Assembly: GCF_009914755.1 (NCBI RefSeq)
Contig: NC_060947.1
Source of the DNA: the human T2T-CHM13v2.0 reference genome, Homo sapiens
Reading direction: 5' to 3' (one strand)
Length of the DNA stretch: 64,000 bases
Under the pieces are notes generated by a model, which was not told the DNA's origin, did not search any database, and saw only the letters and a program-made list of their open reading frames with translations. Made by a program: the position numbers and the translations under genes. Of the stretch, positions 1 to 14,880 are shown piece after piece. The first letter of the stretch is position 1. The number at the start of each line of letters is the position of its first letter.

Positions 1-2208
1 TATTTTAACAACAGATGTATTTTCTGATTTTTTTTTATGTTCTGAATTTTAATGTGCAGAACTTACACTATAGTAACCAAGCAAAAATCTCAAAGGGTAT
101 TCTTTTTCCAAAGCCAAAAACAAATTAAAAATTAGATGGACCAGTGGCCCCCAGGTCGGCACCCCTACTCTCCAATTGAACAGTTACTTCATTCCTAAGT
201 GCATGTGACCATAATCTGCTTTGAGCATTATATTCAAACTTTATCAGTCTTTGTTTCAGTCTGTCCAACTTCTGAGCCCAATCCTCCAGCCTTCCTTTGA
301 GAACATATCTAGAATAAGCTTACCTTGTATTACATCTCAGAAGTTTCTTAAAACTAAATCGGGGATAGTATCATTGGTAAGTAAGCTTTCGTTGATCTGG
401 ATAGGAGATATCTGCCTGAAATGTGAATTAATCTGAAATCCTTAGACATACTAAATAGTTCTCTATTTCAGTGAAACAGACAAGTATTCACCGATTCTTT
501 TCAGTTTGTTATCTGAAGCTTAAGTTTCCTACTTAGTTTTTTCCTGTTGCTCACTTTTGACCTATAACTAAGAATGAGGCCGAAGATATATACCATCAGG
601 TTGCCAAAGGAGAAACAAAGTAGGTAGGTTCTGGGGCCAGCCACTCTGCCAGTGACCGTCTGTTGAGATCTTTCTATATATAGAGTCAACCAACTGCAAA
701 TATATATGAGACCAGGATGTCTCCAGTATAGAATCAAAATGCCAGATTTGAGCATCCTGTGTGGCTCACCCAACAATGATGGTATCCATATGTTAGATGG
801 TTTTATTTTGTACTGCTTTCATATAAACTCTTCGGAGGCCTTTGAATAGGGATTTTTTTCTTCTATAATTTTAAATACCTCAATGCCAATGAGATATGAA
901 ACTCATAGCTATAACTTCTCCTACAATTAGGGACAACAATTTAAATTTGGAAAAGTAGATGACTAAACAAATGTATATGAACATATACATCTTCAAATAT
1001 AAATGCTTTCTTAATGGAGGCTTGCTCATAGAAATCAGAAATGTATAGTTTGTTTGCTGTTGTATCAACCTGCATTTGACTATGATTCTGTTCTAAATGT
1101 AAGTCTTGTCTCAATTTTTGAATTTGTTATAGAGTCTTTTAAAGAGACAGGAACATATCAATAGAAGAAACAGATTCTACTGTGTGTATACTTGTGTTTG
1201 TGTATGAGAGCATTCACAAAATATTCATACTTTTAAACTAACTCCCACAGAAAAATTTAAAACTAAAATCACTTAAAACATATGATTGGCAAGAGCTTCA
1301 ACAACCTGAGAACTCTATGCTTATCAGATGAAAGAAGAAGCAGCATTATGAAAATGTATCTGGATACCATAAGATAATTTCAGAGTACATCAGGTGAAAA
1401 CAGAGTGAGAGGGGCTCTTTGTTCATCTGACCTTATATTTTATAAAAACTCAACCTTCGATTCCATGATAAATAGAATATCAAAATCCCATAATGTCAGA
1501 TATGTATCTCATCTTTGATCTTCTGAAATGTTATGTATGTCAAGTTAAAAAATCTTGAACTTTGATGGTAATAATAACATGCAAATATTTTGATCAAAAC
1601 TGGTTACTTTGCAAAGACCGAAATGATATTGAAGTACTTGTTTTTTCAAGAGTCATATAGAGACATAAATATATTTGGATAGCATAAAACTTAGGAACAA
1701 ATTATTGTTAATGAGAGTTCTGAGATAGAATTTTATATTTAGATTTAATACTTTTAAAATAACATTTTTCAAAATGCAAATTGAAATATTATATGGATGC
1801 ATACCATATTATGCACAGGTAGCGTTTATTTAACTTTTGTTTCACAATTATTTATTGAATGTCTTTTTTTGTGGGAGATGCTATAGTAGGCACTAGTAAT
1901 TATGTGAATAATAAAATAGATGCAATCCCTGACATTGTGGACTTACTTTCGAGTTTGGTGCTATAAAACTTGGTTCTCTTTCAGTCAAATCTAGGTTGAA
2001 TTATTGGCTTCAGTTTTTACTGACTGAATCCATTTGAATTTCAATACCTTATGAGAAAGCTATGGCTTAGATAGAATATAAAACTTGGTAGTCAATAATG
2101 GAACTAGGAAATAAAGCCAAGCTTGCCTGACTCTCAATTCAATAATTTCCCCGTTATTCTAGATTAGATAATAAATGTATAAGTGTGAATTTAAAACTGC
2201 AAAGTATG

Positions 2209-2590
<382 letters not shown>

Positions 2591-2624
2591 TTAATATTCC
2601 TTGGCAATTTTATTTATATAATTA

Positions 2625-3620
2625 ACCAATATTCATTGAGTGCCTACTATTTGGCAAACATAGTTTGAGATCTTGGGGATATTTTCAGGAACAAGAAAAT
2701 AAGTCCCACTTCTCAGAGTACTGAAGTTTTAGCATGAAAATATAGACAATAAACAAATACTTGAGAAAATGTTTAGTGCTAAATGCTATGGTAAAAAGTA
2801 AATCAGGGAAACTAGATGCTCAGGAAATCTTTCCCAAGTGGACCTGAATGACTAAAAGAGCCAACCATGCTAACATGTGGGGAAGAATGTTTGAGAAAGA
2901 AGGAAAATCTAGTGCAAAGCCCTGAGAATGGAATGAGGTTGGTATGATCAAAGGTCCAAGAGAAATCAAGTGTGGCTAGAGCACTAGCTTTTAAAATGTG
3001 ATTACCAGATCAGCAACCTCATCATCCAAGTATTTATCAGTATTCTAGGCATGTTAATTTCCTTGATTTGAAAATTATGCTGTGATTCGGTAAGACCTTA
3101 ACATTCAGCGAAATTGCGAGTAAAGGGTATATGGCAGGATTTCATTGTCCTATTTTTTGCAATTTTTTGACAAATTTGAAAATATTTGCAAATGAAAATT
3201 TAAAAAAGAAATGAGCAATTATACAGCAAAAATGAAAGGTTTTAAGCAGTGCAACCAGTGGAATACTGTGATCTAGTTTGGGTTTTAAGAAAAATATTAT
3301 TGCTATATGATATAAAAAATGGGTTAGAAGAGGGAATTTAATGCAAGCGCAATGACCGGTGAAGGAGCTGTTGCCATTGTCCAGAGGAGACATGATGGTG
3401 GCTGGCACTGGGGTGGCGGCAGTAGAGATGAGCTGTGAACAAGTCGATCCAAGATAATATAATTTGAAGATACAATTGGCAAGGCTTACTGATGGATTGA
3501 TTGTGAGAAAGAGTTAACAGAAATAGAAAAGTCAAGGATGCTTAGGTTTTAGACCAGAGCCACTGGCTTGATGCTAGTGATATTTATTTATTGAGAAGGC
3601 AAAGATTGAAGTAGGAGGTT
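2625..3620 (-). mobile_element. Degraded L2 fragments, interrupted by a MER5-like piece and a short L1M 3' piece (~3050-3215)
   Basis: L2 3'-type text (ATTCATTGAGTGCCTACTAT, GCAAAGCCCTGAG, GTCCAGAGGAGACATGATGGTGGC, GTCAAGGATG). Confidence 0.65.
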
Positions 3621-3924
3621 GTCAAATAATGGCACTTGATTAATTTTTACAAGTAAATTATTAAAGGAAATCTAAACGGACAATTTGCATTATCTTTGAG
3701 TATTTGTGATTATTAGCTGGTAGTGACGAATTTAACTTGATGAATGCCATATTGTCTGTAAATAAATTAACTCACTTGAGTGTTCTCATATTTTTCCCGA
3801 TTTTTTAGTTGAATGCAGCTTTAGAACATTAAATTGTGCCATATATTAAATAAAATAATTAAACAATACCAACAAGCACTCTTAATTTGCTCTTCTAAAT
3901 TTTATATCCTTATGTAGTTTATTA

Positions 3925-4535
3925 TTTTATTCAACAAATACTTGTGGAGTGGCTACTTTGTACCAGGTACTCTTTTCATCACTGGAAATATAACACTGAA
4001 CAAATAGGCTGAAATCTCTGCCCTGATAGAGCTTTCATTCTGGTACATTCTAGAATGAGGCATTTTAAGAAAAAAAAAAGCATGATATGTGGGTGAAATA
4101 GACAGTTTAAACAAGAAGTAAAATGACTATTAAGCCAGTTAATACCAAGGATATGGACCAAATTGAAGCCAATAAGGAGCATTGATAATATGAGAAAGGA
4201 AGGGTTTGGGTCTGGAGGGGGTTTTAACTTAAAATAAGGTCATTTGGAAAGACCTCTTTGATTAAGAGTTAAGGGATGGAGTTACAAAGTGCTAAGAAGA
4301 GAGGTCATAAAAGTGGGGGAATAGGCAGATATAGGAAGCTTTGTATGCTTATTTCAAAGACGACCCTGTGATTGCCGGAATGACTGGAAGGATGGCATTG
4401 CCATTTATCGAAATGGAGAAGACAGCCGAAAGAGTGGGTCTGGATTGTGGGCATGTTTGGGAGGTCATTTTGGACCTGATAAATTTGATATGCCCTTTAG
4501 ACTTCCAAGTAGAGATTCCAGTGGCTGGTAGGATC
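3925..4535 (-). mobile_element. Degraded L2 fragments
   Basis: ATTCAACAAATACTTGTGGAGTGGCTACTTTGTACCAGG and TGACTGGAAGGATGGCATTGCCATTTATCGAAATGG resemble the L2 consensus. Confidence 0.65.
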
Positions 4536-5929
4536 TAAGAGATCATAGATCACATGAGAGGCCCATACCTCTGAATAGCAAATGTTGTATCAAATTAAGA
4601 AGTTATATTTCAGGGTTTTTTGTGTTTGTTGTTGTTGCCAAGGAATTGATATACAGGAATAAGTTCCTGATAGGTTTAAATGCAGTGAAGAGTGATTTTC
4701 TCAATTCTCGTGAGAATTTGGATCAGAATAATTTTATTTCAATGAAAAATCTGAAATATCAAATGCAGCTTAATTGCATTGACATTATTAAAAGAATGAG
4801 GACTTAAGCATATGGCAAATTTAATTAAAATATTACTCTTATAGAAGAGTGATCATAGTAGAGGACTTTTTTCTTTCTTAAAGCAAATTATATGCCTTCA
4901 GCAGTACTTATTTTTACAAAATGCAGAAGACTGTATTTAAGATGATTTCTAGTTCATGTTATTATGTGGTGAAATAAGGAAATGCATGAAGCTGTGTTAT
5001 GTTAGTTTGGGTTATCTTCGAAGCCTTTGATTGGGAATTGACTACTAAACACTGTAAATAATATATAAGTACTAAGTTCTGAATGTGAATGTGATCTTAC
5101 ATAGTCATCAAGCCATTATGTGTCCTTTGTTTTCCTATCAAATGTAGGGGGCAATAATGTCAGCTATTATATATTTATTTTAAAAAATATTTTGAAAATG
5201 AGAACAAGGCTATAGATATACCTATAAATGTGAATATATTTTCAATTCTTCAATAAAATATGTTTTAAAATAAGAAAACCTGTTCTTTTTCTCATCTTCA
5301 CTAATCTCTTTTTAGCAGGAAAGATTATTTTTTGTTTGCAAATAACAAGGCTTAGGCATTAAGTAAGCGCTAGGGAGAGGAACAATAGATCTACCCTAGA
5401 ACAGATTGAGGAATCATACTTAAAAGACCCATATATTAACTTGGAAATAAGAGGTAGAAGAAAAGGAGGAAAATTAGGAGAAATTACTTTGCTAGAGATT
5501 GTTTTGCATTGATCATCAAATGATAAAAATGTCTTCTTTGAGGTTTTCATTTAGGATCTCTGAACTAATATTCATATTATTGCTGTAGAGGTATTATAAA
5601 TTCCCAGTCATTAGCATAAGGATTTAGTGACAGATCTGAGGTTCTCCAAAAACACCTCAATGCCAAGCAAATGATTCTGCTATTAGTCTTCTTAATGCAC
5701 CTGGCAATTTCCTGTCTTTCTACTTTGATCTTCTTTCTCTTCTCAGGTTTGCAACATTAAGAAAGGGGTAGTGGCAAAAAGAAAGAATGTCAACTTAGAA
5801 GGCTAACTTTGGGGGAAATCAGTATAGCCGAGGCATCCCCCAAAAGCTTCCTTTGCGTTAATGCAAACTTCCACACAATATTTACCAACTTCTATGAACC
5901 AGAAAAGGCTCATTCTTAAAAAAAAAAAA

Positions 5930-6950
5930 GACAGCTTTATTGAGATATAATTTACATACTATATAATTTACCCATGCAAAATTTAAGATGCAGTGGATTA
6001 CAGGATATTCACGGTGTTGTGCAACCTTTACCAAAATTAATTTTAGAACATTTTCATCATTCCAAAAAGAAACCCCATGCCCATTAGCAGACAGTCTTCA
6101 TTTTCCTCCAAATACAACCCCTCCCTTCCTCAGTCCTGGGCAACTACCAGTCGACTTTCTGTCTTTATGGATATGCTTAGTCTGGACAGTTAATATAAAT
6201 GAAATCCAGTCATATGTGTCCTTTGTGACTGGCTTCTTTCATGTAATGTAATGTTTTTAAGGTTCACCCATGTTATGGCATCTATCGGTACTTCATTTCT
6301 TTTGATTTCCACACATCGTCCATTATATGGATTTAGAACATTTTATTTATCCACTAATCATTTGATGATCATTTGGGTAGTTTCTATTTTGGGCTATTAC
6401 GAATAATGTTGCCATAAAATTTTTTGTACAAGTCTTTGTATGGGCACTTCTTTTGGGTATGTTCCTAGGAATGGAATTCCTGGGTCATATGATAATTCTA
6501 TGTTTAATCTTTTGAGGTACTGCCAGAATGTTTTCTAAAGTGGCTGCACTGTTAACATTCCAAACAGCAGTGTATTAGGGTTCTGATTTCTCTGTTGATC
6601 TCCACCAACAATTGTTATTTTGTGTGTGTGTGTGTGTGTGATACAATACACTGAACATAAAATGTACCATTTTACGTGTACAATTAAGTGGCCTTAAGTA
6701 CATTCACAACGTTGTGCAACCATCACCATTATCTAGTTCCAGAGCTTTTTCACAATCTGATTGTAGCCGTCATAGGATGTGTGATATGGTAACTCATTGT
6801 GATTATGATTTGCATTTCCCTGATTGCTGATAATTCTGAGCATCTTTTTGTGTGATGATTGGCCATTTGTGTATTTTTAAAGAAATATATATTCAAATCT
6901 GTTGCCAATTTTTAAACTGGCTTTTAAAATTATTGAATTATAATAGTGAA
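5930..6950 (-). mobile_element. L1MB-type 3' end, with (TG)n and a second short L1M 3' fragment nested at ~6620-6755
   Basis: ACAGCTTTATTGAGATATAATTTACATAC...TTGTGCAACC...CCAAAAAGAAACCCC, continuing into antisense ORF2-end sequence. Confidence 0.88.
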
Positions 6951-7048
6951 AAGACTCATTCTTAAGTTAACAATGAATGTATTACATGAAAAACTCAACC
7001 ACCCCATGGTTTCAGTTTAAATGTATTTTCCAGGGATCATGGACTTAC

Positions 7049-7178
7049 CCAGTGCGCAGATAGGACATCTTTATGACATCAGAACATTGATGTCAAGTGC
7101 CTATTGGTTCAGGGTAGTGTGGAAGAAGTTGTACAAAAGCAGGCACTTTTATACCCTTCTCTCTGAGAACATTCATCT
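7049..7178 (-). other. Candidate non-coding internal exon (130 nt)
   Basis: Minus strand reads TTTTTTCATGTATGTTTTTTAG|AGATG...CACTGG|GTAAGT; stops in all three frames. Confidence 0.45.
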
Positions 7179-10100
7179 CTAAAAAACATACATGAAAAAA
7201 CTGCCAAAAACCTGATGCATTTGTGGTGTAATATTAATTTATTGGATATGAACTTGTTTTGTTGTAAACTACCAGAGTGCTTTGAAGAGGAATTTTATTA
7301 AATCATATTCTTAAGAAAAGTATTAAATCAGAAGGTGCACATATGGATATGCTTATTAGTAAGATAACTCTATGTTGGTGATATTCAGTGTATAGTTTTC
7401 CAGAGCTGAAGTGAGTTTTCTGTTTCCACAGTTTAAATGAAATGTGTTTCAAAATGACACTTAGGATATCTGATGGAGATGTTGTCCCCTGTCATGTTTA
7501 TCATTTAATCTTATATGGCCTCAAAAAGAGAAAATCATCTTTTTGGCATACTGGCATACTTAATTTATGCAGCATACTATATAAATCCTAAAGGGAGGAC
7601 TGAGCCAAGCCAGAGAATGGAATAACCTACTTTATTTGCAAATGGATAACCATAGACATGTCCAGTTATTATTAAGATAAACAGGAAATGATGACAAAAC
7701 CAAGATCTTGGCTATGTTAACAAATTTCAGTTTCTCAGTCTATTTCTGAAAATGTTGAGTTCCTTCCAAGATCCCATGTTCCCCCCACCCCCACAACCAG
7801 ATTTATTCCAGGCAATAGTAAATACACCTGGTATTCAAGGGAAAATATTCACATATTCACTTTTAAAGCCAGTTTTGAAGGAGTCTCCAAGACATTGAAG
7901 GGAACCAGATGGTGTGCAGACCATTCTACAAAGGTTTATGATTAGTTTGGCTAAAGCAGCTGGTCTCTGCAATGAAAGAGTTGTCATGGCAGAAAAATCC
8001 CCTTTTCCCTCAGTGCAGCTGGGCTTGTCCAGGGACGACTTTTCCCAGGCAAGTGTTCTCTCTCCATTGGGTGTTTGCAAAGTCTGTTGTACTTAGAGAA
8101 GTTAAACCATTTCTGTTGAACCAAGTTGACAAAAAACACAAATAAGCCAATGTTATTTATTTATTTTTTTTAGCTCAGGATGGTTTAATTGCCTTAAAAA
8201 AAAAAGTTTTCACCTCTGAGTGGGCCTTTTCTGTCCAGTATTAGAAATAACAACTGAGACTATTCAGGAAAAAAAAAATGGCACTCTTCCAAAAGAGAAA
8301 GTGAACTTCAACACAATTCTCAGATTCAAAAGGACTGCAAAGGAGGATTATTTCTGCCAGCTTTGGTCATTTGACAGCTACAATTCTCCTTCTTCAATAT
8401 GTCATCACAAATCTCTCTCAACATATTAATGGGAATCCTGCATTTAATTCTTTCATGTTTATGGAGAGGGAGGTGGGGTGGAGAGGGAGACTGAGAGAGA
8501 ACTTTCACCTTCTATATGTGATAATATGTTTAAATGTAATTAACTGTTCTGCTTTTGCCGTTAAAATGTTATTTTGCATTCCCATCGTATTGATTTTAAA
8601 TTGAAACTCAATGCTTTTGCAAAGACAGTCTTGGGGTTATAAAATGATAGGTTTTATTGCAAAGAGAGGAATATTTATCTGAACAGATACATGAGTGTTT
8701 CCGTAAAGAATGGGCCTATTTTACTTTATCAGCAACTAAGGGGAAGGTTAATGGCTATGATGTATCTTTTCTGTTGTGTGTGAAACATGCAGTGTTCTTG
8801 CTGTTGAGATTTATGGTGTGGAGGACAAAGCAGGTGCTATTCCAAGCCTTCTTTCAACAGCGGAGTATAAACTAGGGCCTGAACTTATCTGTCAAAAAGT
8901 AAGTTAAAATAACGTTAGAGAAAGCCTAGAATTTCACACTTTTCCATACCTTCCTGTCTCTAGCTCAGGAATTTAGGCAGGGTGATTAATGACCACTGTT
9001 ATTTGTGAGCTTTCCAAGTCCCTACAGACATAATGAACTTGACTTTTCAGCCACGTAGAAGGAAACAGGCTGTTAGAGCTCTACAACATGACATGTTCAT
9101 AATTATGAGCTCTCTGCAATTGGGAAGAAAGAGGAAGAAAAGAGAATAATCTTCTCATGTCCCATAGTCTCAACTTCAAACATCCTCTACTCCCTCTCTT
9201 TCTTCTTTCCCCATCTTCTTCCCGCCTACACACACACTCACACACACAGAATGTATCTATACTTTTATTAATCCAGAAACAAAGTCTGACTCTACTTAAT
9301 CTTGCCTCTTATTTTTCCTTCATATCAAGCAAGCAAATCATGCTTACTGATTTCTTTGTCAGAATATCGTATGGATTTGTCCTTCCCTCTGTTCTATTCA
9401 CCCTGTCGTCTTGTGTTTATGCTAGCCCAATCCCTGAGTTAATTTAGGCTCCAGGCACTGTATGCTTTTTGAGGTAATACAACCTCTTCATTTTCCTGTG
9501 TCTTTTATTTTAACCCCAGCAGTTTATTTTCTTGCTTTTCAAAATCTTTTTTATTCTGACCCCACCTCCAAAGATTGTATATGCTCCCTCTTTTTGTTAT
9601 CGCTAATGTAAATATCTCTTATCCTTTTGAAGTTCAACATTCATTTCCATCAAGATGTACTTTAAATGCATCTTCTTGTATAATCCTTTTCAGACCAGCT
9701 TCACCTGGTAAGGTCCATTCTGATAAACTGCTTACAATGTTTTTACCCCGTAATACTAATCATATCTTAGACTACTTACTTAAATAAAATACAACTTCTT
9801 GCGCATAGGTATTTGTTCTAAGGATAGTTGCTTTGTTATCTATATAGTCAGTATTCAATGCCTTTTCAAATATAATTCAACAAGGCCTGTTTTCAACCTC
9901 AAAGAAGTGAATGAAGAGTCACTAACTTTAAAGTTCCAGCAATCCCACAGCATTCCCCGGCTCCTCCAGAGTACCTGTGGAAATTAGATTCCTTGTAAGC
10001 CACTGGTAATTTTAAGAGTCTGCTGCTCTTAAGGAAAGAGTCTGCTGCTTGCTACAAGATAGCAGAAATTAGTGTGTTGGTTAGTTCTGATCCTGAAAAC

Positions 10101-11764
10101 CTTGCCTTTATCAAAGACAGAACATTTCCTGAATCTCCCGATGATATAGTAAAGTAGTGGGGAGAAATTAATCTCCATCCTCCGCCAATGTTTTTACCGG
10201 ATACTGCATGGCATCCTTCCTATTATGGAGTGTTATTTTGACTAGAAAAAGGATTAGGTGGCACCATGGGAGAAAGGCATAGTCTGGTTGAAGCTTATAC
10301 GAATTTTCATTTACATCCTTTCTTTTTGTCTTGCAAATTACTATTCTTTTTCTCTCTCATTTCCACCCTAGAAGTCCCTTAGATGCTCTCTTTATTCTCC
10401 ATTGCTCTCTGATGCTCTTTTATTGAATTCTATGCTCCTTGAATACAGGTCTTATGTCTTGTTTACCTTTGTATTATTACAGTTATCTCTGTGCCTTCCA
10501 CACAACAGGTAATCAATAACAATTTGCTTAATGGAATTGAGTAATTTTAGAAGACTAGTCTATATTATAGACTCTGATAATTTCCTTTTATTCTACAAAA
10601 AAGATTTTCTATCCCAATTTTTCTTACCAGTATCATACCACTCACAATACAGCATGCTGCTATTCCATCAGCCCAGAGAATGTGTATGAACACAGCTACT
10701 CAGGTATTCCTTATTTTTTTCTTTTGAACTAATCTTAAAGACACTGATTATATCTCTCTTATGAAGAGCAATTATACAATTTTGTGGTAGTTCTCTTTTT
10801 ACAAGTTTATCTTCTTAGAGAAGTATAACTCTTTTTTTTTTTTTTCCAAAAAGGAGACTATTTCTCAGTATCCTGGGGACATAGCATGATGTGTGATAAA
10901 TAGTTATTGCTCTTTTTTTTTTTTCAGAGTGTGATCTTCAGGTGATCTTTTCATGCTTTTTCCATCCTTTCTTCATATTGTCTTTGACTTGTCATAGTTT
11001 CTGCCTGGCACAGTGCCTCCTAAATTCATCTATTACTCTCACCTTTCTTTCCACTTTTCTCATGTGAGAAATACACATTTATCTTCATTTACCCTGGAAG
11101 GTTTTCTCCTTAACAACAGTGTCACACATGACATACTATACATTGCATGCTCTACAAAATAAAACATAACCTATGAGAGAACAAATTCATAAGTTTTATT
11201 GTAATCAAAATATTTTTTTGAAAAATCTTACATACAGTATTAATTTTTCAGTTTTCTCTGATACAAAAGACACCCTCACTTAATGAGAAAAAAAGTCTTA
11301 GAATATGAGAGCTGGAAAGTGTCTTTGGGAGATTACTTGGCACATAAATATGATGCATAGAAGGTAGGAAATTACTGCATAATTACACAAGTAATCAGTG
11401 ACACAGTGTCTAGATAGCCCAAGTCTTCTAGTATAATTATAAGGCCACATATCCGTCATGGTGACTCATGTCTTTATTCACACTGACCCTGTTTTTAATT
11501 GTGTGAATTTTCACAGAGGAAAAAAAATGGTGGTCTTTGTAGAGCTGGAATGAGTGAATACTTTCTGGTAGATACATTCATTTTTCACATTTAAATATAA
11601 TCTTAGTGGATTTTAGTTTTTACTAAACTACTTAGGAAAATAAGGTTAAATAAGTATATTTTTTAAAGATTTGACCTTCTAAAAGTTCATTTAAAAGAAA
11701 GAAAAAATATTTTAATTGATGGAAAATGAGCAAATTTATTCAAAGTGACATTAGTTGCAAATTC

Positions 11765-12560
11765 ATTCTGAGATCATCAGATATTAAAGCAATGCATTTA
11801 GAAACGTTATTCTTCATATTACCAAACTGAAGCAATTTAAATGTCTATCAATAGTAGAATGGATAAGAAATTGTGGTAAATTCACACAATGAAGAACTTT
11901 TTTTTTTTTTTTTTTTAACGGAGTCTGGCTTCGTTGCCCAGGCTGGAGTGCAGTGGTGTGATCTCAGCTCACTGCAACCTCCCCCGCCGAGTTCAAGCAA
12001 TTCTCCTGCCTCAGCCTCCCGAGTAGCTGGGATTACAGGTGCATGCCACTATGTCCGGCTAATTTTTTTTTGTATCTTTTTAGTAGAAACGGGGTTTCAC
12101 CATGTTGGCCATGCTGCTCTCGAACTCCTGACCTTGTGATCTGCCCACCTTAGCCTCCCAAAGTGTTGGTATTACAGGCATGAGCCACCATGCCAGGCCC
12201 CAAGAACTATTTTATCATGAAAATGATAGAACAAAACTACATGCTATAACATGGATGAAGCTTATAATCATAATCAAAAGAAGTTAGACCCAAAGGAATA
12301 CTTATTATATAAATCTATTTTTATAAAGTTATAAAGTTCAAATCTGTGAGATTAGAAATCAAGGTGGTAATTACTGCTGGAAGGAGGGAAGGCCAGTGTT
12401 TTGGATGAGGCAGGAAAGGTGCTTCTAAGTACTGGTAATATTTCTTGACCTATTGATGGTTACACAGGCCTGTTCATGTTGTGATAATTCAGTAAGCTTG
12501 GGATTTATATACTTTTCTATATGTATGTTTTTTTAAAGCCAAAATTAAAAAAAAAAAGAC
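11765..12560 (+). mobile_element. L1ME-type 3' end interrupted by an Alu
   Basis: AAATGTCTATCAATAGTAGAATGGATAAGAAATTGTGG... resumes after the Alu and ends in an A-rich tail. Confidence 0.8.
11898..12199 (-). mobile_element. Full-length AluS (Sc/Sg-like)
   Basis: Poly-T then antisense Alu; TSD AAGAACT on both sides. Confidence 0.96.
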
Positions 12561-12916
12561 TAAAGGGGAAATTTATTGAATACCATTAGCTTTTAAAATG
12601 TATTTTTGTTTTTACTTAAGAGTTTTAAAAAGTAGTCATATTTTAAATTTACATATTGTTGGGAAAATTCTGCCAATGGTAGGATAAAACAATAGATTTC
12701 AATTGAAATATTGAAAGCAACTTGTGTTGGTAAAAGATGAGAAGTGAAGGTGGAAGACTGATTAAAACTACCAAAAATATCATAGTGATAACACTTTTAT
12801 TTTTCTTTTTTTGTGGGGGTGGGGATAGTACCATTATAAAAATACAAACATAAGCTGCTTTTGTACATCACCAAATAATTCATTGAAATTTAAGGAAATC
12901 AACCAGTTATGTGTGT

Positions 12917-12943
12917 ACACACACACACACACACACACACACA
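12917..12943. repeat. (CA)n microsatellite
   Basis: Direct reading. Confidence 0.97.
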
Positions 12944-13059
12944 CGATCTCATAGAGTGAAGGGTTAATTGGAATACTGACTGAGTGCAATGTACAAGAAA
13001 ATGTACACACTGAATACAAACAAGGGAAAAAAATCAACTTTGCCTAGGAGAATAATAAA

Positions 13060-13565
13060 TATAATTATAGGAAGGAGGGGGGACAGGGTAGGTGTTAAAA
13101 AGGAGTTTCCTGGGAAAATAAGGAAGTGAAGAAAGGCATTCCAGGCATAAAATATGCTTGCTATGTGCAAAACAACAGTGGGAAATAGCATAGACTCTTC
13201 CATGTACATACTGCAAGTGGGTATGTGATGGTGGAGCTACAGTTGGAAAGGTAGGTAGGGGTCGTATCATCTAGCCCGATTTACTAGAGTTTAACTTTAT
13301 TTACTCATGAATAGGTAGATCTTGACAGATTTTAATGAGGGGAGGGACATCAGGTGCCAAGTACCTACAAACATTTAAACAAGGGAAGGGTTTTATGGTT
13401 GCAGTGATTAGGACACGTTTGAGGAATATTTAGACAATTAAGTTAGTGGAACTTATATTTTTATAGGATGTAAATGAAGGGGCACAGGGAAGCCACCGAA
13501 GGTGATTTCTGAGATTCTGTTTTGCATAACTTGGTACATGATATGCCACAGACATAAAGGGGAAA
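13060..13565 (-). mobile_element. Degraded L2 fragment
   Basis: GGCATTCCAGGC...ATGTGCAAAAC and TTTTAATGAGGGGAGGGACAT are L2-like. Confidence 0.55.
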
Positions 13566-13755
13566 TGCTTTCAAAGAGATCTGTGTTTTTCTCAAATTTT
13601 ACCCAATATATTTGCATAAAGCTCAATGTAGATTGGAACTATGGCAATTTGATTCAGTTCCACAGCTTAAGTAAGTGTTATTTTGTTCAGTTAATTGAAA
13701 ATGAAACTATACCTGACAGGAAGCTGATTACTTATATGCTAATGTGACAGTATTA

Positions 13756-14166
<411 letters not shown>

Positions 14167-14716
14167 ATGAAGATACAGTTGATTTAATAAATGGTTATGA
14201 TGAATGCATATTATCATACTTGCAAGTAAAAATGCATATGCTTATAAAATATTTTTGAACAGATATTTTAAAATCATAGCAGGTTTTAGAAATCAAATTT
14301 ATGGAAAACGTACTAGTTTCATGTGTATACTCTAACAAAGTAGAAAGAGACAAAAATGTAGTTTGAGATCCTCTGCAAATGCCAAAATTTAGCCAGAGTA
14401 GGTAAAGGACTTGACAGATGAAATGCACTCTGTCTCTTACACTGAGTTTATACGGAGAAAAGTAATTTTCGTAGGCAGTGAACACATAAGGAAACTGGTC
14501 CAAGTCTTATGAATGTGAACATTAGTAGAAAATAAGTTATCTTTGAGTATTTAGTAGAAACACCAGGAATACTGCATAGAGGGAAGAAATAATCCAGGAG
14601 GTACTACTAATAAACACATTTTTAATTTTAGTTCACATATTTGGGAGAATTCTTACAAATTTCATCGGCTATATACCAAACCTGAAGAAAATATTCCTAA
14701 TCAAATTCTGTGGTAA

Positions 14717-14880
14717 GCCAGGCACAGTGTCTCACACCTGTAATCCCAGTGCTTTGGGAGGCTGAGGTGGAAGGACCACTTGAGCCCCGGAGTTTGAGGC
14801 TGTTTTGAGGCTTGATTGTGCCACTGCCCTCCAGCTGGGTGACAGAGTGAGACCCTGTCTCAAAAATTAAAAAGTAAAAC
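14717..14880 (+). mobile_element. Alu monomer (FRAM/FAM-like, or recombined AluJ)
   Basis: One ~160-bp arm with tail; TSD AAAT(T/C)CTGTGGT. Confidence 0.85.
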
